The notes beneath the pieces were generated by a model. That model ran no database searches and had not been told where the DNA came from. It worked only from the letters and a program-made list of their open reading frames with translations. Position numbers and translations under genes: made by a program. A stretch of 54,402 nucleotides of DNA, filler included, from Squatina squatina (taxonomy: Eukaryota): assembly GCA_031763465.1 (NCBI GenBank). It is 3 parts of 3 records of this genome, joined end to end, with 100 filler letters (N's around TTAATTAATTAA, not from the genome) between each part and the next. Parts side by side here need not be neighbours in the genome. Positions count along the whole stretch, not along the records: positions 18,525 to 31,732 come from JARFOE010000162.1; positions 31,833 to 54,402 come from JARFOE010000079.1; 1 more part is not named here. One strand, given 5' to 3'. Positions 25,338 to 37,160 of this stretch are shown here, piece after piece (within the stretch, counting starts at the first letter, position 1; each line of letters begins with the position of its first letter).

Positions 25338-26240
25338 CTGTTCAGTTGGGGATTATATTCGGAGCAGGACAATGAAGGAAATACAGATGGGTAGGAAAGA
25401 AGAGATTTCAATTCATTAACATCTAACAACAAGAACAAAATCACAACTGTCCCCAGTGTGTGGCAGCAGGACATTAGCGTACCATGTAGCGCATGGCCAC
25501 TCCTTTTGAAAATTTTTGCTGTAAATTAATTTGCTCGACACATTCTAAAGTTAAGACCGTGTATACGAGTAGACATTCTACTTCACAGTAGACCAAAAAT
25601 AGCTGTGTTCTTCAAGTATTCTTCTATTTTTAACTGCCAGGAACCACAGTGTAAACATTTTCTAAAGAATTGCACAGCAAACATGGTAGATGCCACACAC
25701 TGTAGCTATCAAACATGACATTAAATTCTGAACCCTCTAAACTTCCTGTGTCTAAGGCAGATAGTTAACTTCCTGTTGCATGTCTACTGTGGCTGACCAT
25801 TGATGGAAAGTTGATTTGAATATGTACCTTGTTGAATAATCTTAAATCTTGGAAACTACTTTATCTGATCAAGAGGGTCAGCATAACCTTTCTCTGATTT
25901 TTAACTTTACTGATTCAAACAGACCAGGAAGGTTAGAGAGCTGTATATAGGCAACTATATATCGTCACAGAGACATTTTGAGTACTCACCTTGCTTCGTC
26001 ACAATTTTAAAAAAAATTGAATGTGTACTGGTTGATAAAAGTAATTAAAATCCTCCCCAAAAATTAATAGGTGTTCAGAAAATATCTTCATAAAACAAGT
26101 TAATTCAGGAACATGGGGGTAGGATGCTAAAAAAATAACAGTTTTACGCAGGACTCATTGTGTCGAAACATGGGCCAGTATCCACAGTGCCTCTCAGCAT
26201 TCACAATATACGGTGCACTCCTACCATTATTTGTTCATAC

Positions 26241-26257
26241 CTCATATTGAGTTCACG
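26241..26257 (-). CDS. UCKL1: UCKL1 17-nt microexon (RELNM-R)
   Basis: ccacag|CGTGAACTCAATATGAG|gtatga, phase 0 to 2. Equivalent to the human RELSVR linker exon. Confidence 0.8.
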
Positions 26258-29200
26258 CTGTGGTGACAACAGTAACAATTCGTTCAAGCATTTTTAATAC
26301 CACATACAAGAGAAAAAAAATGTTTTAAAAAATGGAGAATTCATTCACATTTTACAGTATTTTGCAACAATCTGCCACATGTACCTTAGCTGAAATCTTT
26401 GCTTTATGCCAACTTCACCCCCTCCCCCCCCATTACTTGGGGCTGTGGTGGTGTTTTGGATGAAGGGAGACAATATTCATTGAACAAAAATCTACGAGAG
26501 CCTTGTGCTCAGAGACAAGATGAAAGGTAACGTGAGAATATAGTTAGTGGGCTGAAAGCAGAACCACTCCTCGCTTTATGGCAAACATACAGGTTTCAAA
26601 ATAATGCAGAACAATGCCTTAACCCTTCGCATACTGAAAATCCTTCAATGCTCTTATTTTCTATAATACAATATCTACTGAGATTATTTTCTAAAGTTCA
26701 AATGTAGAAATTTCAGAACTGAAACACAGCCTTCTAACCCTTAGAACTATTGGCAGCTCCTGAAAATCAATTACCCTGTGCTTCCCATTCCGCTGTGCCT
26801 CCCCGCACTGCANNNNNNNNNNNNNNNNNNNNNNNNNNNNNNNNNNNNNNNNNNNNNNNNNNNNNNNNNNNNNNNNNNNNNNNNNNNNNNNNNNNNNNNN
26901 NNNNNNNNNNNNTCTGCCTGCCACTTTTACTTTTCACCTTGCTACCTATTGCTTCTCATTTGCCTTCTTTTAAAGGATAATGAGTCCAAACTCTTCAAAC
27001 ATTTCCTCATAACTCAGTCCTCTGATACTAAAAATGTAATTTCACAAAATTAAATGAAAAATGTTATGCACAACTCTGAAGGCAAATGAAATAAAAAATG
27101 ACATGCTTTCTCAGTATTTACATTGGTGTAATTTGGGGAATACTTAAATGGTGTATTTTTTTTCAATTTTGCAACTTATGGCAATACTTTGCATTAACAC
27201 AGGTAGGATTTTAGTCAATTATTGATGCACAAAGGTGCTATGCATTCTACAGTTTATCAGTAACTATTTACAATTCAACAAAATACAAACTATAGCTGGT
27301 GAAGTGAACATGTGGCTTCTCAGCTGTAATGGAAATTCAGTACTCGAAAGGTCAAACCAGGCATCTCTACAATGTAATGGAAACTTAATGCAAGACCTGC
27401 AATTTCTGAAATATGTTCGACATATAATGAGTTTGTACTAACATCATCGGCGCAACGTAAACTAGCTCAAAGATTTTGTTAATCTCTTTCATCCACTTAT
27501 ATTTTCATTCAAAAGATGAAGAGGTTTGTTGTATTTTGGAAAATTTAAAAATAATTTTAAAAATGAAAAAAAAAACACAAAATGAACGAAAGTGACAATG
27601 TTGCCACACAGCAAAGCTGTTGCTTTAAGGTACATGTGCAGATATGCACAAAGGTCAGTATATACTGAATGAAAAATTACCCCATACAAACCACATTTTA
27701 TTCCACTTACCTACTGACTGTTAATTAAGGCAGCATGCAGACACTTGAAGGCTATGCTCACAGAGTAACATACATGCTACTTCTGACATTAGTTACTTTT
27801 ACAGGTCAGATATTATTTAACAGGATGAATCAAACTAGGACGTTAATTTATAGAGATAACATATCACTGTGATAAGTTATGGAGATTCCAAATTAGTTTG
27901 GGTTTCGACAAATGGTCAAAAGATGGACTCCAGCATTAACAAGAGATCCCAATTACTCTCTGTTCATTCTAACTGGTTCAGTTTCTGTTCCTTGTGCTTG
28001 ATTCANNNNNNNNNNNNNNNNNNNNNNNNNNNNNNNNNNNNNNNNNNNNNNNNNNNNNNNNNNNNNNNNNNNNNNNNNNNNNNNNNNNNNNNNNNNNNNN
28101 NNNNNTTTGTTTAAAAAAATAAATCACAGTAGGATGAGTTAACACTACAAGTATATAGAATAACACCAGGAGGAAACCAGAAATCCAGCATCACAGGGGC
28201 TCACACACACATCAGGGCAGTCAAGTTACAAGAAAATAATCTATACATCCTGATGTATGAATGTGCAGACTATAAGAGTTTCAATTTCAGAAGACAGAGC
28301 ACAATAAAATATTAACTCGTGAATTTTCTAAAGGTAACTGAAATTCCCCCAAATGGTCTATGTGGATGAGCAGTATAGCCAAGAATGCAAAACCCAACCT
28401 CTAACTGCAAACCCGAGCCTTTCATTCTAAAGCTGCTTTTGTTGTATACAACAAGATGCTTTCCTGCACTGTCTCAGAAAATCAATCAATGACTGTAATT
28501 AAGAACATCTAATTAAAATCAATGGATGGATAACATTGTAGGAGACAATTACAGTTTTATTCAAGTGTATGAAATTAGCAAGTATCTCCCTTCCCCAGAA
28601 TCAGTCAGGTGAATTTAGTATGCTGTATGTTTTGTAAAGTGACAAGTAAGAAATTAATTTTTGAAGACAGATCTTGACACAAACGTGGGTTTATATGGAA
28701 TCCCTTTCCCTGTACGCTGACAACACTGACAGTGCTGAAATTCATGATATGAGAGGGAACTTTCCTCACAGTAACTAGAAGTGTTGAACTTTTAGGTATT
28801 TGAACAGTAAATGAGCTGTCATCTGAACTGAACCAGACGATGTAAACATGATATGGCTCCCCATAGGGGAAGCACACAGTCTAGTTTCTGGAAATCAAGT
28901 GCTCTTTAGCAACTGGATGATGCAGACTCCCACCAGGGACTTGAACCACAGTTGATAACAGCCTGGTTTACTTTGATTGCACAAGTAATCATTACAGACT
29001 ACGTCAGTTTCTCATTTTTTTTCTGTTCCTTTCAGTTGGACTTCCTTTCTTTTTGTAGAATATTACTTAATTACTAAATGTTCGGTAAAGTCTCTGTATT
29101 GTAGCATCTTATCAGAAAAGGTTCAAGGAGTCGATCACATCTTGTGGTCTCTTGTTTAGTTACCATGGACCAGTGTGCAAATCTTTAAATAGTATGGTGC

Positions 29201-30371
29201 AATGACGCAAGGTTTCATGAAGAATTTTTTGGACAGCTTTTTCTTTGCTTGTTTGTAACTCACACAAGTAAATTGGGTCAAAATGCAACATTACCCTCTT
29301 ACACCTGACATTAATGAGTCAAAGCTGATCTGCAAGGCGTCTGGCTTGTTTCCATCCCCAAACAAAACAAGACTCGCCAACAGTTTCCTTGAAGACAGTG
29401 TCCCTTTAATGAGGTGTTGGTCTCCAAAAATGATCTAACACAATGTCAGCAGCTGGAAGTTACTACAAAATAGAAATGGGAGCCAAAAATCGGTGGGTCA
29501 CGCTCCAAGTGGTTATATTAGGATCAGGCCCACTGCTGCCCTCCAGCCCTGAACCCACTAGGGCAGCAGGAGGGCACCTCATGAGCATGGGAAAGATGAT
29601 CCAAANNNNNNNNNNNNNNNNNNNNNNNNNNNNNNNNNNNNNNNNNNNNNNNNNNNNNNNNNNNNNNNNNNNNNNNNNNNNNNNNNNNNNNNNNNNNNNN
29701 NNNNNAGCAGTTAAGCCAACTGAGGTATTTGCATGCTGAAGCTGAGCACGAATAGCTCTGTTAAGTATGGGCCCCTTAACGTAAATGTTGGCACATGTTT
29801 GAGCGCTCAAATTGTAAAGTGGCTAATTGGGGACATCACTGAAAATTTTCTAAGAGTCTCACTTTTAGTGCTAAATTCGGCACTTAGCGCTAGAAATGCA
29901 AAAATTGCGAATTGGCCGCCCATTGAGTCTATCTTATCTGTAAATACAGTATATTAAGAATCACAGGACTTGGTGACACATGAGTAAGCCAGAAATAAAA
30001 TAATTATTGTTGCAGAAGTCAGTTTCTTGCAGTGTCTCAAAGAGATTTTAATCTCAGCTAGAAAATTTAATAAGAAATCCCACTCAAGGACCTGCTGTCA
30101 AATCAAAGGAAAAGTGGCACTTTGCTTCAAACTTACCCTGTCTTCCATTCAGCTAGATAGGTTTGAATCAGTTGTTGCCTCCAGTTTATTGATCTTCCTG
30201 CATAAGTTAATAATTCTGTCAATGTACCCATCTGCTTGCAATTCAAATATATAGGTGTTAAAATGTATATATTTCTTAAGTAATATGAAAAAAATCTTTT
30301 ATTCGATATGTTCCTAATTGTCCTTATCCATTCCTTATAGCAACCCCTATTTCATTGTGCACTGAGCTTAC

Positions 30372-30542
30372 CCATTCCTTCTTCCTGCAGTGTGATGTAA
30401 AATCATATACAGGGATTTTTACACTTTTTCCTCGTTTTAGTTTCCTGAGAGTGGACACAATGAGATCAAAGTCAAACGCATCCGGATGGTCAAAATTAAA
30501 GTCATTGCTGGCAGCTCGCCCCTGCTGCTCTTTCGTGAGTAC
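30372..30542 (-). CDS. UCKL1: UCKL1 exon, uridine kinase domain
   Basis: cccacag|[57 protein letters not shown]|GTAAGC, 171 nt, with the NFDHP motif. Confidence 0.93.
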
Positions 30543-30984
30543 CTGTGGGCAAAAAAAAATGTTGAACATTACACAGCTGACAGCAATATTTGTAGGAATA
30601 GATATGAAGATGTAGCACACACAGGCAGAAGTGTTAATTGGAATATTGCGCGAGAAGTTTAGCAGCCGGCTTCACGGCCTGTTTGATTTAACCTTCTTGC
30701 ATAATATTCTAATTTGGGCTCCCCATGCAAGCAACTCAGTGCTGGGTGTATTACTTTAATGGGTNNNNNNNNNNAAAACCTGTATTGCAGTATTAAAATC
30801 AGATATAAATAAAAAGGGGTTTGAATGAAAGTAATATAATCTGGGAAGTTTCCTCTTTTAGTGTTCTATTACAATCCCACAGATCCTCCAATGAAAAAGT
30901 TCTTGCTCTGCAGGTGGAGTTTTTTTGCATTTGCAATAGCCACGGATTAAACAACTAGAATTTGTAAGTCAAAAACAAACGCAC

Positions 30985-31091
30985 CTTATAAAAGGAGTCC
31001 ACAGCGAGAAGCACAACCCAGGGAACATCCAAAGCTTCTATTATCTTCCTGGCCACTGTAGTTTTCCCTGAAGCACTACCACCACACAACC
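30985..31091 (-). CDS. UCKL1: UCKL1 exon, kinase P-loop
   Basis: ttttag|(G)[35 protein letters not shown]|GTGCGT, 107 nt, Walker A GGSASGKT. Confidence 0.93.
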
Positions 31092-31454
31092 CTAAAAAAA
31101 AAGTAACACAGTATACAGCTGCCAGTTTTCTGAAAAGTAACAAGACCTTTTCCTTTTTTAAAATGTTTGCATTTCTAACCTTGCCTTCTCCTGCAAGAGA
31201 CCTCTATGATGCAATCAGCTCCTACTGTTGAGTGAACAGCTGGGACCTACTCCTAGGTCTCTGAAAATCCCAGGGCTAAGAGGTTAGTGAACATATCCTT
31301 GCCCTTGGGTTGTCCCCCCATCCATTTCAGGGCATGCATAGCTTCCATTTGCCACCATAACAGCACCGTTGAGATTGGGATTTATAGAAACATAATATAC
31401 AGTCAGTTACTGGGAAGCACAATAAGGCTTTCTTCTTTTATATTCATTCATTCA

Positions 31455-31732
31455 TGCGGGTGCGCTGTCAAGGCCAGCATTTATTGCCCATCCCTAATTG
31501 CCCTTAAGAAGGTGGTGGTGAGCTGCCTCCTTGAACTGCCGCAGTCCGTGTGGTGATGGTACTCCCACAGCAACTTTGTCTTAGCTGTTTTGGTACAACT
31601 GAGTGGCTTACTGGGCCTTTTCAGAGGGCAGTTAACCATATTGCTATTGGTCTGGAGTCACATATGGGCCAGAACGGGTAAGGGCAGCAGATTTCCTTCC
31701 CTAAAGGAAATTAGTGAACCAGATAGGTTTTT
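31455..31732. mobile_element. Abundant shark retroelement fragment; second copy at ~35640-35900
   Basis: Near-identical aaggccagcatttattgcccatcccta...aaggtggtggtgagc and ggtaagg..ggcagatt.ccttccctaaagga..ttagtgaacc in two different scaffolds. Confidence 0.7.
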
Positions 31733-31776
31733 NNNNNNNNNNNNNNNNNNNNNNNNNNNNNNNNNNNNNNNNNNNN

Positions 31777-31788
31777 TTAATTAATTAA
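31777..31788. other. Artificial scaffold-joining spacer TTAATTAATTAA
   Basis: Same construct as 18469-18480. Confidence 0.95.
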
Positions 31789-32650
31789 NNNNNNNNNNNN
31801 NNNNNNNNNNNNNNNNNNNNNNNNNNNNNNNNACAATCCTGAAGCTAAGCTTGCACTCTTTCTGGAGCCATTGCATTTGCTCAGAGGCTCAATCAGTTCA
31901 GGCTCTCTCTAAATGAAGAAGCAAGACAGCCATGAGAACAATGTTTAATTGCTCCAATGTGCAGTAGCTTGATCTTCGTGGGTTGTAAAACGCAATTGTA
32001 GCTGCTTCATGTTTCTTTATTGCATTAATGCAAAGAAAAATCCTAACTATTACCTACTCTACCGAGAAGCTTTTAGACCTTCGTAAATGGTGGGTTAGGG
32101 AAATTAAACAGAAGGCTTGGCTGCTAAATTAGTCAATCCCATATGCTGCTGTGGGAATTTTTCAACCTGAAGGCAAAGCTAGTAATGGAGATCCTTCCCT
32201 GGCATTACTTTCTCGCCTACAGTGTGTTTTCTTACACCGTTCCCTGACTGTCAGGGTAGATGGGCCAACAAGTGTCTTCTCATACCTCCACCAACTTCAA
32301 ACTTTCAGCTCCTCCAACAATTAAGAACATTGATGCGGGAGGAGGCTATTCGGGCCCTCGGGCCTGCAAGAATTGGATCACAGGTCACGCACAGATTACC
32401 CAAAGGGTCTTAGGTCTCATAAGGCATTTTATCACTGAGTGGTAGTTCCAATAAACATAACATAACATACNNNNNNNNNNNNNNNNNNNNNNNNNNNNNN
32501 NNNNNNNNNNNNNNNNNNNNNNNNNNNNNNNNNNNNNNNNNNNNNNNNNNNNNNNNNNNNNNNNNNNNNNAAGGTATCACTCCTGCTACGTATCCTCCTA
32601 CTCCTAGGCTTTACGTTACTGTTCAACCGTTTCTCTTATCGAACCAACAG

Positions 32651-33440
32651 GTCTGTTCCAGAAAGCAATAATCCAGAGTGGAACAGCCTTATCCAGCTGG
32701 GCTGTCAACTACGAGCCTGCCAAGTACACCCGGTTACTTGCGGAGAAGGTTGGCTGCAGCATGCTCGACACCATCGACCTGGTGGAGTGCCTTCGGGTGA
32801 AGACCTACAAGGAGCTGATCGAGCAGGACATCATGCCCGCCCGCTACCACATTGCCTTCGGGCCGGTCATTGACGGCGACGTCATACCCGACGACCCCCA
32901 GATCCTGATGGAGCAAGGCGAGTTCCTCAACTACGACATCCTCCTGGGCGTCAACCAAGGGGAGGGCTTCAAGTTTGTGGAGTCCCTGGTGGACAACGAG
33001 GACGGCATCTCGGCCAGCTACTTCGACTTTGCCGTGTCCAACTTCGTGGACAACCTCTACGGCTACCCGGAAGGCAAAGACATCCTGAGGGAGACCATCA
33101 AGTTCATGTACACGGACTGGGCAGACCGGGACAACGGGGAGATGCGCAGGAAGACCCTGCTGGCCCTCTTCACCGACCACCAGTGGGTGGCCCCGGCCAT
33201 CGCCACGGCCCGGCTCCATGCCGAGTACCAGTCGCCCACCTACTTCTACACCTTCTACCACCACTGCCAGAGCGAGATGAAGGCGGTGTGGGCCGACGCC
33301 GCCCACGGCGACGAGATCCCCTATGTCTTTGGCATCCCTATGATCGGTGTCACCGAGCTGTTCCCGTGCAACTTCTCCAAGAATGACGTCATGCTCAGCG
33401 CCGTGGTGATGACCTACTGGACCAACTTCGCCAAGACCGG
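32651..33440 (+). CDS. Neuroligin penultimate exon (cholinesterase-like domain), NLGN4-like with NLGN2-type blocks
   Basis: caacag|[21 protein letters not shown]...[14 protein letters not shown]|GTGAGT, 790 nt. Unambiguous neuroligin; the paralog is uncertain. Confidence 0.95.
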
Positions 33441-33489
33441 GTGAGTCGGCCATTTTCATCCTTCGAGACTGAAACATCTCCGTGACGTT

Positions 33490-33630
33490 TACATAGAATT
33501 TTACAACACCGAAACAGGCCATTCGGTTCGTGCTCCACACGAGCCTCCTCCTCCGGCCCCTCTTTATCTCACCCTATCAGCATATCCCTTTTATTCCTTT
33601 TTCCCTCGTGTGCTTATCTAGCTTCCCCTT
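33490..33630 (-). mobile_element. CR1-type 3' tail, antisense, abutting the next element
   Basis: acatagaattttacaacaccgaaacaggccattcgg...cttatctagcttcccctt. Confidence 0.6.
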
Positions 33631-33634
33631 AAAA

Positions 33635-34238
33635 GCATAAATTGAGTTCAAAAGCCAGGAAGTCACGATGAACCTTTACAAAACACTGTTTCGGCCTCAA
33701 CTGGAGTATTGGGTCCCATTCTGGGCACCGCACTTTAGGAAGGATGTGAAGGGCTTGGAGAGGGTGCGGAGGAGATTTACGAGAATGGTTCCAGGAATGA
33801 GGGACTTCAGTGACGTGGAGAGACTGGAGAAGCTGGGTTTGTTCTCCTTGGAGCAGAGAAGGTTGAGAGGAGATTTGATCGAGGTGTTCAAAATCATGAG
33901 GGGTCTGGACAGAGTAGATCGAGAGAAACTGTTCCCATTGGTGGAAGGGTGGAGAACCAGAGGACACAGATTTAAGGTGATTGACAGAAGAACCAAAGGC
34001 GACATGAGGACAAAGTGTTTTACGCAGTGAGTGGTTATGATCTGGAATGCACGGCACGAGAGGGTGGTGGAGGCAGACTCAATCACTGCTTTCAAATGGG
34101 AGTTGGATAAGGACCTGAAGGAAAACATTTTGCAGGGTTACAGGAAAGGGCGGGGGAGTGGGACTAGCTGAGAGTCGGCATGGGCTCGACGGGCCAAATG
34201 GCCTTCTTCCGTACTGTAACCAACCTATGATTCTATGA
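33635..34238 (+). mobile_element. 5'-truncated CR1 LINE, ORF2 C-terminus plus tail
   Basis: LYKTLFRPQLEYWVPFWAPHFRKDVKGLERVRRRFTRMVPG...LGLFSLEQRRLRGDLIEVFKI, an in-frame stop at 34028-34030, then the tail gggccaaatggccttcttccgtactgtaac...ctatgattctatga. Confidence 0.92.
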
Positions 34239-35031
34239 ACCACAACCCGCCGCCCCCCCACCCACCTCCCCCAAAAATCAAAAGAGATGGACAAGTGTGA
34301 AATAAACACATTTGGAGAAGTAGGTGAGTTAGACTTATTTTGTATACTACAAACATCTATGTGAACCTGTGAACAGGCTCAGTGAGCAAAAGAGGGTTTA
34401 CTGCTCCAAGCTGTTAGATTCTGCAAATAGCTGCAATTCCAAAATGATTTCTGAATTGAATACCATAACCCTGGAGGACCTTGTAGCTTTTATTTGCACA
34501 TCCTGGAGACCCAGGAATCCCGGCCTGTTGAGTCAATTTGCAGAGCTGTCCTAAATCAAAGATTTGCTTTAATCGGTTAAGCCTGGCTTTCATTTAAAAT
34601 AATGGTGTTTGGAGTTTGGGGACAAAAATCAGGCACTGAGCCATTGATTTTGACATTGATCTAAGAGTAATGCACATTTTGAAGCTGCTCAGTTATAGGT
34701 GCAACTTTGAAGAGGCCTCCAACCAAATGCACAGGCGGCAACTAATTTGTTATTGTTGCTATACAAATGCAAGAGGCTGAACAGCTTCTAATTGTTTCGG
34801 CCGAGCTCTGAGCTCCGTTGCATTCTATAGTCGCGTTGGTGAACCTCCAGGTTTGCCTTGGAGTCTCCAGGAATTAATAGTTAATCTCCAGGACACTGCT
34901 GCAGGCCACCCTGGACAAATGTCATGGGGCANNNNNNNNNNNNNNNNNNNNNNNNNNNNNNNNNNNNNNNNNNNNNNNNNNNNNNNNNNNNNNNNNNNNN
35001 NNNNNNNNNNNNNNNNNNNNNNNNNNNNNNN

Positions 35032-35445
35032 TCACACTTTTCTGCGTTAAATAAATTTCATCTGCCACGTGTCCGCCCATTCCACCAGCCTGTCTGTCCT
35101 CTTGAATTCTCTCACTCTCCGCCTCACTGTTCACTACACTTCCAAGTTTTGTGTCACCTGTAAATTTTGAAAAACACCCAAGTTTAAGTCATTAATATAT
35201 ATCAAGTCCTAGTTCCTGGGGAACACCTTCCGCCAATCCGAAAAACAACCATTCACTACTCTCCGCTTCCGTCACTTACCCAGTTTCATATCCCTGCTGC
35301 CACTGTTCCTTTTATTCCATGGGCTTCAACTTTGCCGTCAAGCCGATTATGCGGCACCTTATCAAACACCTTTTGGAAACCCATGTACACCACATCAACC
35401 GCATTGCCCTCATCAACCCTCTCTGCAACCTCAACAAAAAACTTA
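35032..35445 (-). mobile_element. Degraded CR1 RT-region fragment
   Basis: The minus strand resembles the CR1 stretch ...RLQEDIDRLVEWADTWQMKFN, with frameshifts. Confidence 0.65.
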
Positions 35446-36307
35446 TTATTCTGACCCAACCTTCATATTCCAAAGGACTAAACCATTACCGGTTCACCCT
35501 TGTTCTTTTAAACAGTGAACTTTAGAGTATTTCCGTGCGAAGGAACCCCTGAGAATATTGGCACAAGCCTGCGGCCTCCGGATGTCTGGAAGGTGGTGGG
35601 GTAGATTTTGGTCTTTACCACCTGGGTGGTTTTAAAAAATTTATTCACGGGACATGGGCATCGCTGGCAAGGCCAGCATTTATTGCCCATCCCTAGTTGC
35701 CCTTGAGAAGGTGGTGGTGAGCCACCATTTCAGAGGGCAGTTCAGAGTCAACCACATTGCTGTGGGTCTGGAGTCACCTATAGGCCAGAGTGGGTAAGGA
35801 CGGCAGATTCCCTTCCCTAAAGGACATTAGTGAACCGGCTGGGTTTTTCCGACAATCTGGTAGTTTCAAGGTCACCATCACCGATACTAGCTTTTTTTTA
35901 ATGCGGTGGAATGGAATTGCCTGCCCTTCATAGAAGTTGGCCTGATTTTCATGCTATTGATTTCCATCTAGGGGACTGCAGGTAAATCCGAGGAGAGTAA
36001 AATTGGGTGTAAAACAGGCATTCAATATGGAACCCCCACCCCTTACCTTCCAGCACCACCACTCAACCTTCTCTTTGTGCCTGTTTGAGGTGGGCAGGGT
36101 GTAATTGAGGCCCAGGAGTTAGAATAGCTGAGGCCTCAACTTCATGCCAATGGGAAGGGGGAGGGTGTGGTATTGTCACCCTTTCCTCCCACTCCCCCAA
36201 AACCCCAAAATGTGTATTATCCTGTAGCCGACTTGTTAGTGCAGACTATTCAGAATTGTTGCGCTGTTAAAATCCTTTATCTGCTTTCCCTCAATGTTGT
36301 ATTTTAG

Positions 36308-37160
36308 CGACCCGAATCAACCCGTTCCGCAAGATACCAAGTTCATTCACACGAAGCCGAACCGGTTTGAGGAAGTCGCCTGGTCGAAGTATAACCCGAA
36401 AGACCAACTGTACCTTCACATTGGCCTGAAGCCAAGGGTGCGGGAACACTACCGAGCGACCAAAGTAGCATTCTGGCTGGAGCTCGTCCCTCACTTGCAC
36501 AACCTGAACGAGATCTTCCAGTATGTGTCAACGACCACAAAAGTCCCGCAAACAGACTCCACCCCGTTCCCGTACGTCACCAGACGGGCCCCTGGCAAGT
36601 TGTGGTCGTCGACCACCAAACGCCCACCCTTGACCCCTTCCCACAACCCCAAGCAGGCGAAGGAAACCCGCAAGTCGAGCCCCGAAGAAACCACGGTGCT
36701 GATCGAGGACAAGCGGGACTACTCCACGGAGCTGAGCGTCACCATCGCGGTGGGGGCCTCCTTGCTCTTCCTGAACATCCTGGCCTTTGCCGCCTTGTAC
36801 TACAAGAAGGACAAGCGGCGCCACGAGACCCACCGGCGGCAGAGCCCGCAGCGCGGCACCGCCAACGACCTGGCCCACCTGCAGAACGAGGAGATCATGT
36901 CGCTGCAGATGAAGCAGATGGAGCACGAGCACGAGTGCGAGTCGATGCAGACCCACGACACGTTGAGGCTCACCTGCCCGCCTGACTACACGCTCACCCT
37001 GAGGAGGTCCCCGGACGATATCCCGCTCATGACGCCCAACACCATCACCATGATCCCAAACACCTTGGCTGGAATGCAGCCGTTGCACACCTTCAACACT
37101 TTCACTGGAGGCCAGAACAGTTCGAATTTGCCCCACGCACATTCCACGACTCGAGTATAG
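36308..37160 (+). CDS. Neuroligin last coding exon (stalk, TM helix, cytoplasmic tail, PDZ ligand), NLGN4-like
   Basis: ttttag|C GAC CCG gives [25 protein letters not shown]..., [26 protein letters not shown], the PPDYTL motif and the C-terminal HSTTRV*. In phase with the previous exon (GG|C). Confidence 0.95.

Noticed and set aside
27711-27717. Possible third UCKL1 microexon (acag|TCAGTAG|gtaagt)
   Set aside because: 7 nt does not give the required phase 0 to 2, and no homology supports it.
32734-33540. 268-aa antisense ORF (also 36528-37394)
   Set aside because: Shadow frames of GC3-rich neuroligin exons.
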